Assembly: GCA_963833985.1 (NCBI GenBank)
Contig: CAWIAD010000002.1
Span: forward strand, 5,728,001-5,792,000
DNA: 64,000 bases
Source: an uncultured Planctomycetaceae bacterium
GTDB taxonomy: Bacteria > Planctomycetota > Planctomycetia > Isosphaerales > Isosphaeraceae
Direction of reading: 5' to 3'
The notes beneath the pieces were generated by a model, which was given only the letters and a program-made list of their open reading frames with translations, was not told the origin of the DNA and did no database searches. Within the stretch, counting starts at the first letter, position 1. Every line of letters begins with the position of its first letter. Below, piece after piece: positions 11,580-20,710 of the stretch. Position numbers and translations under genes: made by a program.

Positions 11580-12085
11580 TACGGCTTCGCGGCCGCCCGG
11601 ATGGTGCTCAGGGGAAGTAAGAGCCGCAGCTCGTCGGCCGTGAACGGCATGAACCCGAATCGCTCATAGAAGATCCTGGCCTGGGCGTCGAGAGCATCGA
11701 CGACCACCGCATGGATTCCCACCTTCTCCGATAGGTCGAGCGATCGTGTCATCGCATCGCGGAGCAGGAAGCCGCCCAGCCCTCTGCCTTGCAGGTCATG
11801 ATCGACGGCCAGCCGTGCGAGCAGAATGACTGGCACGGCGTGCCGGGGGAGCTTTCTGGCACGGCCCGCGGGCAGGTTTTCTACCTGAACCGCTCCGCAG
11901 GCGAGGGTGTAGTAACCCAGCACGCGCCGGTCGTCTCCCTGGAGCCCCACATAGGTCCGCCCCAGGTCCCGCTTCTCGTATTGTGTGACCAGCACGTGGA
12001 GAAAGTCGTTGAGCGCGGGCTTGCCACAGTCGAAGCCCGCTCGCACGTGGCTTCGGTCGAGCCGCACGATGCGCCACTCATCCAC
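11579..12085 (-). CDS. GNAT acetyltransferase toxin (AtaT/TacT-like)
   Basis: FDCGKPALNDFL, VLGYYTL, PVILLARLAVD, QGRGLG, VVVDALD and FYERFGF motifs. Confidence 0.92.
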   Translation of the reverse strand: MDEWRIVRLDRSHVRAGFDCGKPALNDFLHVLVTQYEKRDLGRTYVGLQGDDRRVLGYYTLACGAVQVENLPAGRARKLPRHAVPVILLARLAVDHDLQGRGLGGFLLRDAMTRSLDLSEKVGIHAVVVDALDAQARIFYERFGFMPFTADELRLLLPLSTIRAAAKP

Positions 12086-12356
12086 GCTTCCTAGCCTTTC
12101 CTGCCATCAGTCCGCGCAGCCTGGCATTGGGCTTCGGCGGATGATCGAGCGCTTGCAAGAACGACTCGCGATCACGATCTGATAGAACTATCGGCGTTTC
12201 TTCCACAAAACGGATCTCGTCTTCGGGGATCACCCGTGCCTTGCGGATGCGAAGTTCGTTCTCGCTCACCTGCTCGATGATGACAGTCGAGTTGGCGAAC
12301 GTTTTTGGCAGGCTCACGCGGCCCTTCGCGTCGGTCGATCTGGTTTCCAGACTCAT
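12078..12356 (-). CDS. Antitoxin: AbrB/MraZ-like N-terminus + DUF1778-like C-terminus
   Basis: N-terminus TDAKGRVSLPK; C-terminus IVLSDRDRESFLQALDHPPKPNARLRGLM. Overlaps the toxin start; AGAGG RBS. Confidence 0.85.
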   Translation of the reverse strand: MSLETRSTDAKGRVSLPKTFANSTVIIEQVSENELRIRKARVIPEDEIRFVEETPIVLSDRDRESFLQALDHPPKPNARLRGLMAGKARKRG

Positions 12357-12389
12357 TCTCGCCTCTTTCGATTGGTTGCGATCCAATTG

Positions 12390-12435
12390 ATCATAGGACC
12401 AGCAGAGATTGTGGGCAAGTGGGAATTTCCCACAA
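12390..12435 (-). promoter_or_regulatory. TA promoter and palindromic operator
   Basis: Minus strand TTGCCC (12413-12418), 17 nt, TATGAT (12390-12395). Inverted repeats TTGTGGG (12409-12415) / CCCACAA (12429-12435) and GTGGGA-ATT-TCCCAC (12419-12433). Confidence 0.75.
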
Positions 12436-12446
12436 AGCCGGGACAT

Positions 12447-14195
12447 TCAAGGATCAGTGCGCTGGCGCCGCAGCCGGTACTTCATACCGGTCACGAAAAA
12501 GCAGGCCGAGGCGACCGTGCCGAAGATTAACGGCGCGAACTGGGGAAACCAGGTCATCGGCAGGATCGCCAGCATCACCGCGGCCGCCTGGAAGTAGTAG
12601 AAGCCCGAGAGCAGACCCGCCTTGACCATGAACAACATACTGTTGGTCACCGCGATCATGGCGATGAGCGACAGCACGGGCAAACCCAGCAGCCACTCCA
12701 CCAGGAAAACCAGGTTGATCGCGACGATGCCCGAGCCCCAGATGTGCGCGAGCTGACGCTCGACGAAGCTGATGGGGCCACCCTGGCGGCGCAGTGCCCA
12801 GAAGAGCGCGGCCCATGCGCCCAGGCCCACGGTGAAGAGCCCCACGTACGGCCAACGGGCCGTCACTCCGGCCAGATGCAGGGCATTGGTGGCTCCGAAG
12901 AAGATGAGCAGGGCCACGCTGTGATAGATCCAGAGCTGGCCCCAGTTCTCGAGCACGCCGGCGTGGTGCGTCTCTCCCAGCAGCCGTGCTCCCAGGGCGC
13001 GCAGGCTGGTGGAGCGCGCGGAGACCGGTTCGTCGCGAAGGAATGCCTCGAGGTCCTCCGCCAGTGCCGCGGCGCTCGGGTACCGCAGCCCGGGCTGCTT
13101 TTGCAGGCAGCGCAAGGTGATCATCTCGAGGTCCGGACTGACGCGCGGGTTCAGGACCCGCGGCGGTAAAGGATCTTGCTCCAGCACCAGCATCACCGTT
13201 TCCACCGGGCTGGCGGCCTGGAACGGCGGCCGACCGGTGAGCATGTGGTAGAGAATCGCTCCCAGACTGTAGACATCGCAGGCCGGCCCGAGCGGACCGC
13301 GGCTTCGCAGGGCGCGGGCCTGCTCGGGAGGCATGTAACCCGGCGTGCCGACGATCGCACCGGACGGCGTGAGCGAGTCCTCGGCGTGGAGGTCCAGCCG
13401 CTTGGCCAGGCCGAAGTCGCTGACGTAGCCGTGGCCCTCAGTGTCGATCAGGATGTTGGATGGTTTGAGGTCGCGGTGCAGGATCCCGTGGTCGTGCGCA
13501 TAGTGGATGGCCCGGCAGATGGGAACCAGCAGGCGGGCCGCGTCCAGACCCGGCAGCGGGCCATCGGCCAGTTTCCGCGCCAGAGTGGTTCCCTTGATGT
13601 ACTGCATCGTGAAGAACGGCTGACCCTCGTGCTCGCCCACCTGGAGCACAGGGACGATGTGCGGATGCGCGAGCTGCTCGGCGGCCATCGCTTCCACGCG
13701 GAACCGCTCCACCTCCTGCGCCTTCGAGCCCACCCCGCGCAGCAGACGCTTCAGGGCCACGATGCGCCCGCGCCCGAGCTCGCGGGCGCGGTAGACCACC
13801 CCCATGCCGCCCTGGCCCAGCTCTTCGAAGACCTGATAGTCACCAAAGAAACGAGGCGACTCGGAGGATGCGAGCCGGTCCGACGATGCGTCGGCCGCCG
13901 GCGCGTGCAGGGCCTGCTCGCTCACGGGCCGTCGTGCCGGCCCCGCGCGTGCCAGCGATTCGGTGACCCGGATCGTTGCCCAGAGCGAGCGCAGCTCATC
14001 GGCCAGGCGGGGATATTCGCTGGCAATCGCCTCCACGTCGGCGTTTTCTCCCCGGCGGGCGGCTGCTGTCAGCTCATCGATCAGGTGCACCAGGAGCGAC
14101 GCGTCCGACTCGGTCAGGGGCAGCGGCTCGGCTGCCGATCCGCCCGCTCGATCGGGTGTTTCCATGGCGTGCGCTCCGTGAGACAGGGTCAGCAA
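12447..14195 (-). CDS. Ser/Thr protein kinase with C-terminal multi-pass membrane domain
   Basis: LGQGGMGVVY, VALK, HRDLKPSN, DFGLAK and GTPGYMPPEQ; about 6 C-terminal hydrophobic segments. Confidence 0.95.
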   Translation of the reverse strand: MLTLSHGAHAMETPDRAGGSAAEPLPLTESDASLLVHLIDELTAAARRGENADVEAIASEYPRLADELRSLWATIRVTESLARAGPARRPVSEQALHAPAADASSDRLASSESPRFFGDYQVFEELGQGGMGVVYRARELGRGRIVALKRLLRGVGSKAQEVERFRVEAMAAEQLAHPHIVPVLQVGEHEGQPFFTMQYIKGTTLARKLADGPLPGLDAARLLVPICRAIHYAHDHGILHRDLKPSNILIDTEGHGYVSDFGLAKRLDLHAEDSLTPSGAIVGTPGYMPPEQARALRSRGPLGPACDVYSLGAILYHMLTGRPPFQAASPVETVMLVLEQDPLPPRVLNPRVSPDLEMITLRCLQKQPGLRYPSAAALAEDLEAFLRDEPVSARSTSLRALGARLLGETHHAGVLENWGQLWIYHSVALLIFFGATNALHLAGVTARWPYVGLFTVGLGAWAALFWALRRQGGPISFVERQLAHIWGSGIVAINLVFLVEWLLGLPVLSLIAMIAVTNSMLFMVKAGLLSGFYYFQAAAVMLAILPMTWFPQFAPLIFGTVASACFFVTGMKYRLRRQRTDP

Positions 14196-14830
14196 AGTGA
14201 CGGGGCTTCGCCCAGGATCGAGCGCAGACGGCGGAGAGCGCGCAGATGGCGCATGCCGGCCGCGGCCTCGCTCAACCGCAGCGTCTGCGCGGCTTCGCTG
14301 TTGGAGAGCTGCTCGAAGTGGCGGAGCACGATGATCTCGCGGTCGGCATCGTCAAGACGATCAAGGGCCATCCGGAACCGGCGCTGGAGCTCTTCCCGCA
14401 ACGCCTCGGCCGCGGGAGTGAGCGCGGGATCGCAAAGCTGGCTAGCCAGGTCGAGCGCGGAGCGGTCGGCGAGCGCGCCTCGGGCGGAATTCCAGGCCAG
14501 CGGCTGCTCACGATCCAGGCTGCGCTTGCCCGCGCCGCGGTGCCGGCGGTGGGCGTCGATCACATGGTCGTGGGCAATCTGGCGGAGCCAGAGATGAAAT
14601 GGCAGGGCGGGGTTGCGCAGGTAGTCGCCAAGTCTCTGGCTGGCCTTCAGCAGCACATCCTGAACGATGTCGCTGGCGTCGACCCGCCGCCCCAGCGCCC
14701 GGTCCAGCCTCAGCCCGATCATCTGCCGCAGGGCAGGGCGGTGACGCTCCCACAGCTCGTCCGCGGCACCGGAATCGGACTGCTGGACCTGCTTCAAGAG
14801 CCGCTCGGTTTCACGGGCGTCTGGCCACAT
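14189..14830 (-). CDS. Planctomycete-type ECF sigma-70 factor, kinase-linked
   Basis: RRVDASDIVQD, FHLWLRQIA and DREIIVLRHFEQLSNSEAA; overlaps the kinase start. Confidence 0.93.
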   Translation of the reverse strand: MWPDARETERLLKQVQQSDSGAADELWERHRPALRQMIGLRLDRALGRRVDASDIVQDVLLKASQRLGDYLRNPALPFHLWLRQIAHDHVIDAHRRHRGAGKRSLDREQPLAWNSARGALADRSALDLASQLCDPALTPAAEALREELQRRFRMALDRLDDADREIIVLRHFEQLSNSEAAQTLRLSEAAAGMRHLRALRRLRSILGEAPSLC

Positions 14831-15108
14831 CCATCGATCCCTGCATTGGACGGCTCTGCCCGCGCGGCTGACTTCCACCCTGCCGTTCCGAGCGATGCGC
14901 CGGGCGCGGACCTGGACCGATTCGCCAGTATAACCGCCCGGGCGCAAGAGCGGCCATGAGCCCCGGCGTCTGGCCGCTTGCGGCCACGACCGGGGTTTTC
15001 CCCAGGCGCTCCGAAAAGGCGTGTTAATCTCCGGGCTGCCCTTTCGGTTCAATTCGTGAGACGTGCCGAAGAATCAAGAACCATGTCCCTGGAAGGGAGA
15101 ATTCTGCC

Positions 15109-15522
15109 ATGTACGCTGTGTACGCATACATCGTCTACCTGTTCATCAGCATCGGAGTGACGATCTGGGTCGCGCGGACGCTCTCCAGCAATGGACGCGT
15201 CTTCCTGATTGACACCTTCCTGCACAACGAGCCGCTGGCCAATGCGGTCAACAACCTGCTGGTGGTCGGCTTTTACCTGATCAATGCCGGTTACGTGGCA
15301 CTGGCATTGAAGTACGGCCCGAAGCCGACCGACCTGGCCGGCACCATTGAGACCATCAGCACGAAGGTGGGTCTGGTCCTGCTGGTGCTGGGCGCGATGC
15401 ATTTCTTCAACCTGTACGTGTTTTCCAGGATGCGCCGCAAGGCACTGCTGCGCAACCAGAAGCCGCCGGTGGCTCCTGAGCAGTTTCTGGCCCCGATTCA
15501 CACGTTTCAGACGGTCGAGTAA
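15109..15522 (+). CDS. Conserved small membrane protein (3 TM)
   Basis: RTLSSNGRVFL, AVNNLLVVGFYLINAGY and KVGLVLLVLGAMHFFN; GGGAG RBS. Confidence 0.85.
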   Translation: MYAVYAYIVYLFISIGVTIWVARTLSSNGRVFLIDTFLHNEPLANAVNNLLVVGFYLINAGYVALALKYGPKPTDLAGTIETISTKVGLVLLVLGAMHFFNLYVFSRMRRKALLRNQKPPVAPEQFLAPIHTFQTVE

Positions 15523-15637
15523 CCGTCATCCTCGGGCCGCCGTGGGACGCTCGAAGTTCAGCAGGTACGGCCGGCCGGAACCCGGTCTGCCGCCCAGGGC
15601 TGACCCACGGCCGTCCTTTTCCTCAAGGAGCAGTCCC

Positions 15638-16111
15638 ATGGAGAAGCTGTACGTCCTGTATGACGCTCGGTGTGGCCTGTGCAGCTGGGCGCGGCGGTGG
15701 CTGGCACAGCAGCCGGCGCACCTTCAGCTGGTCTTCATTCCGGCGGGGTCGGCCCTGGCGGCGCGGCTCTTTCCGGGGCTGGAGCGGCCGGGCGAGAGCG
15801 TGGAGGAATTAGTCGTGGTCAGCGATGAAGGGGGCGTTTACCACGAGGGTAACGCGTGGATCATGTGCCTGTTCGCGCTCGAAGAGTACCGCGACTGGGC
15901 CAATCGCCTGGCGCATCCGCTGCTTCGTCCGCTGGCCCGGCAGGCCTTCACCTTGCTGAGCGGCCAGCGGTCGCGCATCTCGCGCTGGCTGAAACTGGCC
16001 AGCGAGCGGGAAATCGCCGAGGCCCTCAGCCGCGTCAGCGCGCCGGCCTGCGCCACCGAGCCGACGCACGCACCGCACCGTACCTTGCCCATCACAGGGC
16101 TTGACGGCTGA
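15638..16111 (+). CDS. DCC1-like thiol-disulfide oxidoreductase (DUF393)
   Basis: VLYDARCGLC (DxxCxxC motif); AAGGAG RBS. Confidence 0.9.
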   Translation: MEKLYVLYDARCGLCSWARRWLAQQPAHLQLVFIPAGSALAARLFPGLERPGESVEELVVVSDEGGVYHEGNAWIMCLFALEEYRDWANRLAHPLLRPLARQAFTLLSGQRSRISRWLKLASEREIAEALSRVSAPACATEPTHAPHRTLPITGLDG

Positions 16112-17195
16112 TCTCCGCCAGCTTGGCCAGGCTCCAGACCTTGACCAGTCCGTCGTTGCCCGCGGTCACCAGGGTCTCACCGCTGGACGAGAGCGCCAGG
16201 CCTTTCACCCATCCGTCGTGCGCAGGGATGACCGCCTTCGGCTTCAGGGCGGCGATATCCCAGAAGGTCAGGTTGCCGTGCTCGTCGCCCGTGACGAGCG
16301 ATTCGTCGTGCCGCGTGAAGGCGACGGTGGTGTAGGTGGTCACCGTACCGTGAAGGACACGGCATTCCGCCCGGCCCGAGACGTCCCAGAGCTGCACGCC
16401 CTGTCCGGCCAGGGCCGTCGTGGCCACGAGATTGCCATCGGCGGAGAACGCCACCGCGAGCACGATCCCCTCGTGGGTTCGCAAGTCTGCCAGCTGCCGC
16501 GCGGGATCGATGCTCCAGAGCCGGATGCTTTCATCGTCTCCGGCGGACACCAGGGTCTGCCCACCGGGACTAAACGCCAGTGTCGAGACAGGGCCATGAT
16601 GCCCGCAGAGCGTGCCCAGCAGCCGGTGGGCGGGCAGGTCCCAGAGATAGATTCGTGAATCCGTGCTCGAGCAAGCCAGCCTGTTGCCGGCGGGCGAGAA
16701 CGCGACCACGAGGATCATTTCGGTGCCGGCGTGCAGGTCTGCTCGCTTCTCGCCTGTTGCGGTATCCCAGAGCGAGACCGTCCCATCCATGTTGCCCGCG
16801 GCCAGGGTGAGCCCATCCGGTGACAGCGCCAGCGACCGCGTGCCGCCGGGGTGATGTTCCGGGAGCAGTGTCTCGCCCCAGTCCACCTCCCGCCCCTGGC
16901 GCCAGACCCAGAGAGGCCGGTCTCGACACGTCGCGGCCAGGTGGCTGGCATCGGCCGATATCGCCAGGGTGGTCACGTCACCGGACAGATTGAATACCGC
17001 TTGAGCCGCCGGAAACCGCGAGGCGTCGTCGCCGTCGGGCCAAGCCAGAGGCAAGATCACGAAGACAAGCAACAGCGCAACGAGGAACGGCGATGGGAGC
17101 GAAAGCCTGAGCCGTCGCGCTCGATGCTTGATCCGCCAGGCAATACGCACGTTCTCGCCCGTGCCTTTCTGTAGCACGAAGGGAAGTCGGATCAT
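16092..17195 (-). CDS. WD40 repeat protein with N-terminal membrane anchor
   Basis: About 7 WD40 units (AFSPGG...SAGDDESIRLW; AHDGWV...TAGNDGLVKVW); GGAGG upstream. Confidence 0.9.
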   Translation of the reverse strand: MIRLPFVLQKGTGENVRIAWRIKHRARRLRLSLPSPFLVALLLVFVILPLAWPDGDDASRFPAAQAVFNLSGDVTTLAISADASHLAATCRDRPLWVWRQGREVDWGETLLPEHHPGGTRSLALSPDGLTLAAGNMDGTVSLWDTATGEKRADLHAGTEMILVVAFSPAGNRLACSSTDSRIYLWDLPAHRLLGTLCGHHGPVSTLAFSPGGQTLVSAGDDESIRLWSIDPARQLADLRTHEGIVLAVAFSADGNLVATTALAGQGVQLWDVSGRAECRVLHGTVTTYTTVAFTRHDESLVTGDEHGNLTFWDIAALKPKAVIPAHDGWVKGLALSSSGETLVTAGNDGLVKVWSLAKLAEISRQAL

Positions 17196-17701
17196 GATTC
17201 GCCCCTTCCATGAGCCTCCGGGGTGGTTCGCCTCTTCGCCAGCCCCAACTCAAATTGTAGGTCCTAAAACAGAAAAGGGAAAAAGTACAGAGCAGAAATC
17301 AAAGAATTTCAATGAGACGGCAAATGCAGCATGCACACTCCCGGATTGCACGGGAACCTCGATGATGGGATCGGCCGCCATTCGCTGCTTTCTTCAAAAA
17401 ACACGTGACATTGAGGTATCAGCAGCTATAGGATAAACCGATGGCCTGGCAGCGCCCCGGCTTCCCGGCCATCCCCGTGGCGTTCGTGCGGTCGGATCCT
17501 TGAAACCGAACAGCCCAGGGCCAGACCGAACGCCTGATAAAACGCCAAAAAAAACTTGATTCACGAGTCGCTCTGCACCGACGATCGTGTATAGTCGAGA
17601 AAGCCATCCATCAGGTGTGTCTGATGGTCGTAAGCTTCTTTTGCGGGAGACACTCGCGGAACCTGACCGGTTTCCCTTCCCAGCAATGACGGAGAGTTGC
17701 C

Positions 17702-18076
17702 ATGAACTGGAATCGACCCGAAGGTCGAAAGGGCCTGACCCCTGAACCACCGGAGAAGTATCTGCCTTCCCGGCTGCGCGCCTTGATCGACGAGGCGACC
17801 ACCGACAGCAACGACGAGAGCGACGAGCATACCGGACTTCTCGGGATGATCCGCGAGGAAGTGGCCTGCCCGTTCCGGGCACGTCTGGAGGGCGAGGACG
17901 TCGAGTGCACTCGCTTTGAATGGCCAAAAAACGGCTATGGCCTGAACGCGGTTTGCCTCACCCGAAAGGGCAGGACACGCGTGGTGGATATCAGCAAGCT
18001 GGAGTGGACCGACTCCGTCCCCGCGGGACACAAATGGATCGAGGCCTACCTCTCATGGCGTGACCAACTGGTCTGA
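17702..18076 (+). CDS. CcbP-like calcium-binding domain protein
   Basis: LIDEATTDSNDESDE, PFRARLEGEDV and WIEAYLSW resemble the CcbP family; GGAGAG RBS. Confidence 0.65.
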   Translation: MNWNRPEGRKGLTPEPPEKYLPSRLRALIDEATTDSNDESDEHTGLLGMIREEVACPFRARLEGEDVECTRFEWPKNGYGLNAVCLTRKGRTRVVDISKLEWTDSVPAGHKWIEAYLSWRDQLV

Positions 18077-18296
18077 GCCGCCGGGCCGGAAGGCCATCGG
18101 CCTGCGGGAAGCACGCAGCGAAGCAACGTCAGAAACGAAGTCGATGTCTTGGAAGTTCTCTGGTCTATGTTTTCTCTTAAAAATCTTGAATCTTTGATCC
18201 GACAGACTGTCTCCTGGAGTACCGCTGTCCTGTACTGAAAACGTTTGCCTTGGATCTGCCGCGCTCGGAAGAATCTGTCCTGATGGCTGCACCGGC

Positions 18297-19762
18297 TCAC
18301 GCCGTTCTCTCGGGTACGCTGAAGGGCTGGCGGTAGGGCCGGGTGAGCATCTGGTTGGCCTCATCGTCGCCTGCAAATGTTTCGGTGGCCGCGTCGAACG
18401 TGAGCCTGCGGCCGAGCCGGTAGTTCAGGCCGTCGAGCGCCACCTCGTTGCCGCGCAGGTGTTCTTCCATGCGCGCCAGTGTCTCCGCGGCTTCCTTATC
18501 ATCTCCGAAGGCCCCCGCGGGCTTGCTGAAGGGGACATCCGTGCCCAGCCGGTAAGAGATGTTGGCGAGGTGGCAAAGGGCCGCCGAGTAATGCCCCTGA
18601 AGGATATCGGCGTTCAGGTCCCCTGACCGGCGCGAGCGCATGGCCGCGATGAAGTTGGCGAAATGACCCTGGCCCGGCCCGCGAGGATCCGGCGCCAGAC
18701 CCAGCTTCGAGAGCGGTTCACCCTGCTTGCTGCCCTTGCGATAGAAGGTCTTCTCGACGATGGTTCCTTCCTCCAGGTGAGCAATGTTGCCCACCTTCTG
18801 GCCGAGATAGCCTTCCGTGGGCAGCCCGCGCACCTCGAAGATGAGCGGGGTACCGCCGAAATCCATGAGGCTGATCTGGGTATTCGCAGTCTGGCCCTGG
18901 TCGCTGTAGCCGAACCGGCCGCCGAGCGTGCGCACGGTCGTGGGGTACGTGGCACTTTCCCCCTTCGCTCCGGGGATCAGCCAGCGCGCGATGTCCATCT
19001 GGTGCACGCCCTGGTTGCCAATGTCGCCGTTGCCGAAATCCCAGAACCAGTGCCAGTTGTAATGCACCAGGTTGGCGTGATAGGCCTGCTGGGCGCGGGG
19101 CCAAGCCAGAGATTGAAGTCGACCTCGGCGGGTGGTGTCGCGTTCGGCCTGAAGCCGATCGAACCGCGCGGCTTGTAGCAGAGCGCCCGTGAGACAAGCA
19201 GCTTGCCGAACTTTCCGGATCGAACCGCCGCCACGGCCAGCGCCCAGTCCCGGCTCGAGCGGCTCTGTGTGCCATGCTGGACGATGCGTTGATACCGCCG
19301 CGCCGCCTCGACGGCGATCCGGCCCTCGTGGATGTTGTGGCTGCACGGCTTCTCGACATAGACGTCTTTCCCCGCCTGGCAGGCCCAGATCGTCATGAGC
19401 GCATGCCAGTGGTTCGGCGTGGCGATGGAAACCGCGTCCACATTCTTGTCGTCGAGCACGCGGCGGATGTCCTGGACGGTCGAGGGCGCCCGGCCCCCGC
19501 GCGACTCGATCCGGCGGATGCGCTTCTCGTAGGTCCGCGTGTCGGGGTCGACCAGGCAGGCGATGGCCACGCCGGGCATCTTCACGTACTCGTCGACGTG
19601 CGACCCGCCCCGTCCGTTGAGCCCGGCGATCGCCACGCGGATCGTATCATTCGCGCCGATGACCCGCCCGCTCGACCGCGTGCCGCTGATGGCGAACCCC
19701 GCGCCGGCCATGGCTACCGACCGGTGCAGGAACTGGCGACGACTCAGGTTGCTCTTCGGCAT
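18297..19762 (-). CDS. Tat-exported Gfo/Idh/MocA oxidoreductase; frameshift near 19095
   Basis: SRRQFL, GLNGRG, IATPNHWH, DVYVEKP and LWLGPAP, then (new frame) VHYNWHWFWDFGNGDIGNQGVHQMD ... LTRPYRQPF. Confidence 0.9.
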
Positions 19763-19964
19763 GGCGCGGGTCCTTTCTCTTGAGACGGGAACGTGCTCCG
19801 AATAGGCGTCGCCAGGCGGCGCGTCGGACATCGATAATGGAATACGCGCCATGATAAGTCATCAATCCGCCGATTCCCACACGGACCTCTCCCGCGCACA
19901 ACCGGACGCTTGGTTCACTTGCGGGCAAGCGTCGACTTTCTGGAAAGAGGGAGACACAAGCGCG

Positions 19965-20170
19965 ATGAGCGCACTCGCCCGAATCGAGCGCATCCTGGAA
20001 GGTCTCTCGGAGGATCGGATCCGCCAGTTGATTGATTTCGCTCGATTCCTCGCGCTGGAGCAGGAACGGCAAGAGTGGCTAGGATTTGGTCAGCAGCAGC
20101 TTGCGCGGGCCTATGGCTCGGATGAGCCCGATTAGAGTGAGGTGGACATACGGCCGAATCACCAATCATG
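19965..20170 (+). pseudogene. DUF2281-like antitoxin with probable premature stop; cognate toxin absent
   Basis: MSALARIERILEGLSEDRIRQLIDFARFL...LARAYGSDEPD*SEVDIRP. TAG at 20133-20135 lies where EPxY is expected. Confidence 0.6.
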
Positions 20171-20199
20171 CCCCCGAACGGGGCTGGCGAGAACGCGGT

Positions 20200-20325
20200 C
20201 GTGCCAGAGAGCCAAGACAGCGAGACCCTGCGCCCCCGGGCGTGCGCTCAGATGAAGAAGGGAAATCGCTTCGGGGGCCTCCGTATCCCAGGCACGAGGA
20301 GCTGTATGACCGCTTCGACCGATGA
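20200..20325 (+). pseudogene. C-terminal fragment of a VapB/DUF6364-like antitoxin
   Basis: ETLRPRACAQMKKGNRFGG, frameshift, then PYPRHEELYDRFDR*; no start codon or N-terminus. Confidence 0.45.
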
Positions 20326-20360
20326 TAGCTTGTGCGCACTGGATGCGAAGTAGCCGCCCG

Positions 20361-20590
20361 TCAATACCCCTCGTCATCGTCCTCCGCGACGATTTCCTGG
20401 GCGGCGATTTCTCGCCAGGGCTCAAGCGCAGATGATGGAGTGCCCGCGGCTCAATGGCAATCGGCGACGGGACCTTCGAATACCTTGAACTCGGGGAAGG
20501 TCAAGAGGAGGCGGCGTAGGTCGGTCAGGTCCGACGGCCCCTTGGCTGTCGCGGAGCGCTGGACCATGCTTTGCACCTTCTGAGCGACTA
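20361..20590 (-). pseudogene. C-terminal fragment of a nucleotidyltransferase (AbiEii-like) gene
   Basis: VAQKVQSMVQRSATAKGPSDLTDLRRLLLTFPEFKVFEGPVADCH*AAGTPSSALEPWREIAAQEIVAEDDDEGY*; in-frame TGA at 20451-20453. Confidence 0.55.
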
Positions 20591-20710
20591 GTCTAGGGAG
20601 CGAAATCGCGGAAAGTACAGTTCTCTGCGACCCGGCCCACTCTCCCCAAAACCCGCTAAAGATCAAGTTACACAGCAATATAGCATAACAGCATGCGAAC
20701 GTTACCCTCC

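Larger units (their letters stand above)
11467..12571. repeat. Diverged 112-bp direct repeat (11467-11578 and 12460-12571) flanking the TA module
   Basis: Ungapped hand alignment, 95/112 identical, offset 993 bp. Confidence 0.95.

Noticed and set aside
11467..12571. Interpretation as a DGR template/variable repeat pair or an IS target-site duplication
   Set aside because: Mismatches are not adenine-specific, no reverse transcriptase or transposase is in the window, and the repeat is too long and diverged for a target-site duplication.
17610..17700. TPP riboswitch-like string (GGTGTG...GGGAGA...GAACCTGACCGG)
   Set aside because: UGAGA, the P5 loop and the GCG-AGG half of P4 are missing, and the downstream gene is unrelated to thiamine.
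19860..19920. Possible duplicated sialidase 3' end bounding the TA debris
   Set aside because: No convincing nucleotide or peptide match to the sialidase C-terminus.
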